A stretch of 64,000 bases of DNA from an uncultured Methylomirabilota bacterium (lineage in GTDB: Bacteria; Methylomirabilota; Methylomirabilia; Methylomirabilales; 2-02-FULL-66-22): the NCBI GenBank assembly GCA_963845565.1, contig CAWJSJ010000001.1, positions 992,001-1,056,000 of the forward strand, given 5' to 3'. The notes beneath the pieces are model-generated. The model searched no databases and had not been told where the DNA came from. It was given only the letters and a program-made list of their open reading frames with translations. Shown here piece after piece: positions 62,528 to 64,000 of this stretch. Within the stretch, counting starts at the first letter, position 1; each line of letters begins with the position of its first letter. The position numbers and the translations under genes were made by a program.

Positions 62528-63397
62528 TCACACCTCCAAGATGCTCTTCTCGCCCATCAGGCCCCGAGGGCGGAACAGGAGGACACAAATCAGGATGACG
62601 AAGGGGATGATATCCGAGATTCGAGCCCAGAACATGACCGAGATGCTGGTGGACAGACCGACGATCAGGCCGGCCAGGATGCTGCCCCAGAAGCTCCCGA
62701 TCCCGCCCAGCACCACGATGATCATCGCCGGCATGAGGATGGCCGTGCCCATGGTCGGCCGCACGCTCCAGATGGGCGCCGCGATCACACCCGCCACCCC
62801 CGCGAGGATGGAGCCGATCACGAAGACGAAGCTCCGCATCCGCGGCAGGTTCTTGCCCAGGGCCATCACCATCTCTGCGTCGCTGGCCCCCGCCTTGATG
62901 ATCGCCCCGTACGGCGTCTTCTCCAGGAAGAGCCAGACCAGCAAGATGACCACAAGGGCCAGGACGGCGAGGATGAGGCGGTACTTGGAGTAGATCATGA
63001 AGCCGAGGTCGAGGGAGCCGGCCGCGAATTTTGGGGCCGCCACGGAGTAGCCCGTCTTGCCCCAGACCATCCGGATGACCTCTTCCAGGGCGGTGGCCAG
63101 CCCAAAGGTGAGGAGCAGGCCGAAGAGGGGGTTTCCGCCGTACGTGCGATGGATCACGAGACGCTCGAGGATCAGCCCCACCACCCCGACGAGGAGGGGC
63201 GCCAGGAGCAGGGCAAACCAGAAGCCGACGTACCGCTGCATGGAGAAGGCGAAGTACGCCCCCAGGGCGAAGAGAATGCCGTGGGTGAAGTTGATCACCT
63301 GCATCACGCCCAGGATCAGGGTGAAGCCCAACGCCACCAAGGCGAAGAGCAGCCCCAGGACCAGGCCGTTCATGGTAAAGGAGAGAAGCTCTGTCAT
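62528..63397 (-). CDS. Branched-chain amino acid-type ABC permease (LivH-like)
   Basis: ALGFTLILGVMQVINFTHG, VVLGGIGS, RPRGLMG. Confidence 0.93.
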   Translation of the reverse strand: MTELLSFTMNGLVLGLLFALVALGFTLILGVMQVINFTHGILFALGAYFAFSMQRYVGFWFALLLAPLLVGVVGLILERLVIHRTYGGNPLFGLLLTFGLATALEEVIRMVWGKTGYSVAAPKFAAGSLDLGFMIYSKYRLILAVLALVVILLVWLFLEKTPYGAIIKAGASDAEMVMALGKNLPRMRSFVFVIGSILAGVAGVIAAPIWSVRPTMGTAILMPAMIIVVLGGIGSFWGSILAGLIVGLSTSISVMFWARISDIIPFVILICVLLFRPRGLMGEKSILEV

Positions 63398-63499
63398 GAC
63401 ACCCTCTCTTGAGACACACGAGGCGTGCGTTCCTGGATCGGCCCCGCATACCCCGACGGCGGGCAGGGGCCACGCACGGGTTCGACCGGACAACAAGCA

Positions 63500-63530
63500 G
63501 CGGCGAAGAGGGAACCCCCCTCTTCGCCGC
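63500..63530. other. Stem-loop after the binding-protein gene
   Basis: gcggcgaagaggg / ccctcttcgccgc. Confidence 0.55.
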
Positions 63531-63544
63531 GCGGCGCTTGGCGT

Positions 63545-64000
63545 CTAGCTGGAATAGGGTCCCAGGTTGACCGGGTTCTCTTCGCGGGTGCGGGCCGTGT
63601 CCTTGCCCGGGGCCCAGCGCAGAATCTCCACGAAGTCCGCCCGGTCCTTCATCTCGTTGGGTTTCTTGGACCGGACCACATAGGACGCCCAGAGGAACTT
63701 GTGGTCCCAGTCCCGGATGGTGAGCGGGTCGTTCTTGAGGGAATCTGGTGAGGTGTGCCCTTCCAGGGCCTTGATCACCGCCACCACGTCGTCCTTGCCG
63801 GCGCGTTCGATGCCGCGCAAGAGTTCCCGCACCCCGATGTAGCCGTTGACCGTGTTGGCCGTCGGAACGGGGATCGGGGCAGACGGCCAGCGCTTCTTGT
63901 ATTGAGCCAGGAACTCCTTCACACCAGGGGCGTTGATCTCGTGGTACCACTCCATCAGATGGATGCCCTGCATCTTGTCGGGGCCGACAGCCCAGAGGTC
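63545..64000 (-). CDS. ABC substrate-binding protein (LivK-like), 5' end outside the window
   Basis: WYHEINAPGVKEF..YKKRW, GY, AGKDD...VIKALEG, TIRDWDH; position upstream of the LivH-like gene. Confidence 0.8.
   Translation of the reverse strand, partial: DLWAVGPDKMQGIHLMEWYHEINAPGVKEFLAQYKKRWPSAPIPVPTANTVNGYIGVRELLRGIERAGKDDVVAVIKALEGHTSPDSLKNDPLTIRDWDHKFLWASYVVRSKKPNEMKDRADFVEILRWAPGKDTARTREENPVNLGPYSS

Noticed and set aside
63420..63482. REP-like degenerate palindrome upstream of the LivH-like gene
   Set aside because: Single imperfect copy; not enough support.
1..64000. tRNA, rRNA, integrase, transposase or prophage genes
   Set aside because: None recognised by eye; tRNAscan and Infernal would be needed to exclude small RNAs.

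Overview
High-GC bacterial chromosomal segment. Gene style and order suggest Methylomirabilota/NC10 or a Deltaproteobacteria-like lineage; this is inference only. Positions 1-33 kb are mostly a minus-strand housekeeping run: recA-pilT-recX-alaS-psd-pssA-leuA-asd-truA-leuS-lptE, rpsT (+), murJ-ilvBNC-miaA-aroA-cmk-rpsA-ihf, then a class III nucleotide cyclase with an unrecognised N-terminus, a HIT hydrolase and a DUF151 nuclease. The left end also has a glyoxylate reductase, an unusual RtcA-ArgA(GNAT) fusion and a partial Na/Pi symporter. The best candidate for an undescribed system is the plus-strand locus at 33-42 kb. It has a structured leader, a hypothetical protein and three paralogous family-5 solute-binding proteins with no permease or ATPase (two lack signal peptides, one lacks domain II). 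These are followed by a HAMP-GAF histidine kinase, a sigma54 activator and a sigma54-type promoter ahead of a small secreted protein. Positions 42-64 kb carry a pita-bread-fold enzyme lacking most metal ligands, an etfBA-fadF-B12 subunit-meaB cluster split by a toxin-antitoxin pair and a TRAP operon, a scrambled sugar-ABC/toxin-antitoxin patch, and a liv-type ABC + ThDP enzyme + DUF169 + quinone reductase cluster. Two MITE-like families supply stop codons to host genes. Frameshifts in leuS, the miaA start, the TRAP genes and 54-56.5 kb look like consensus errors, so pseudogene calls are tentative.
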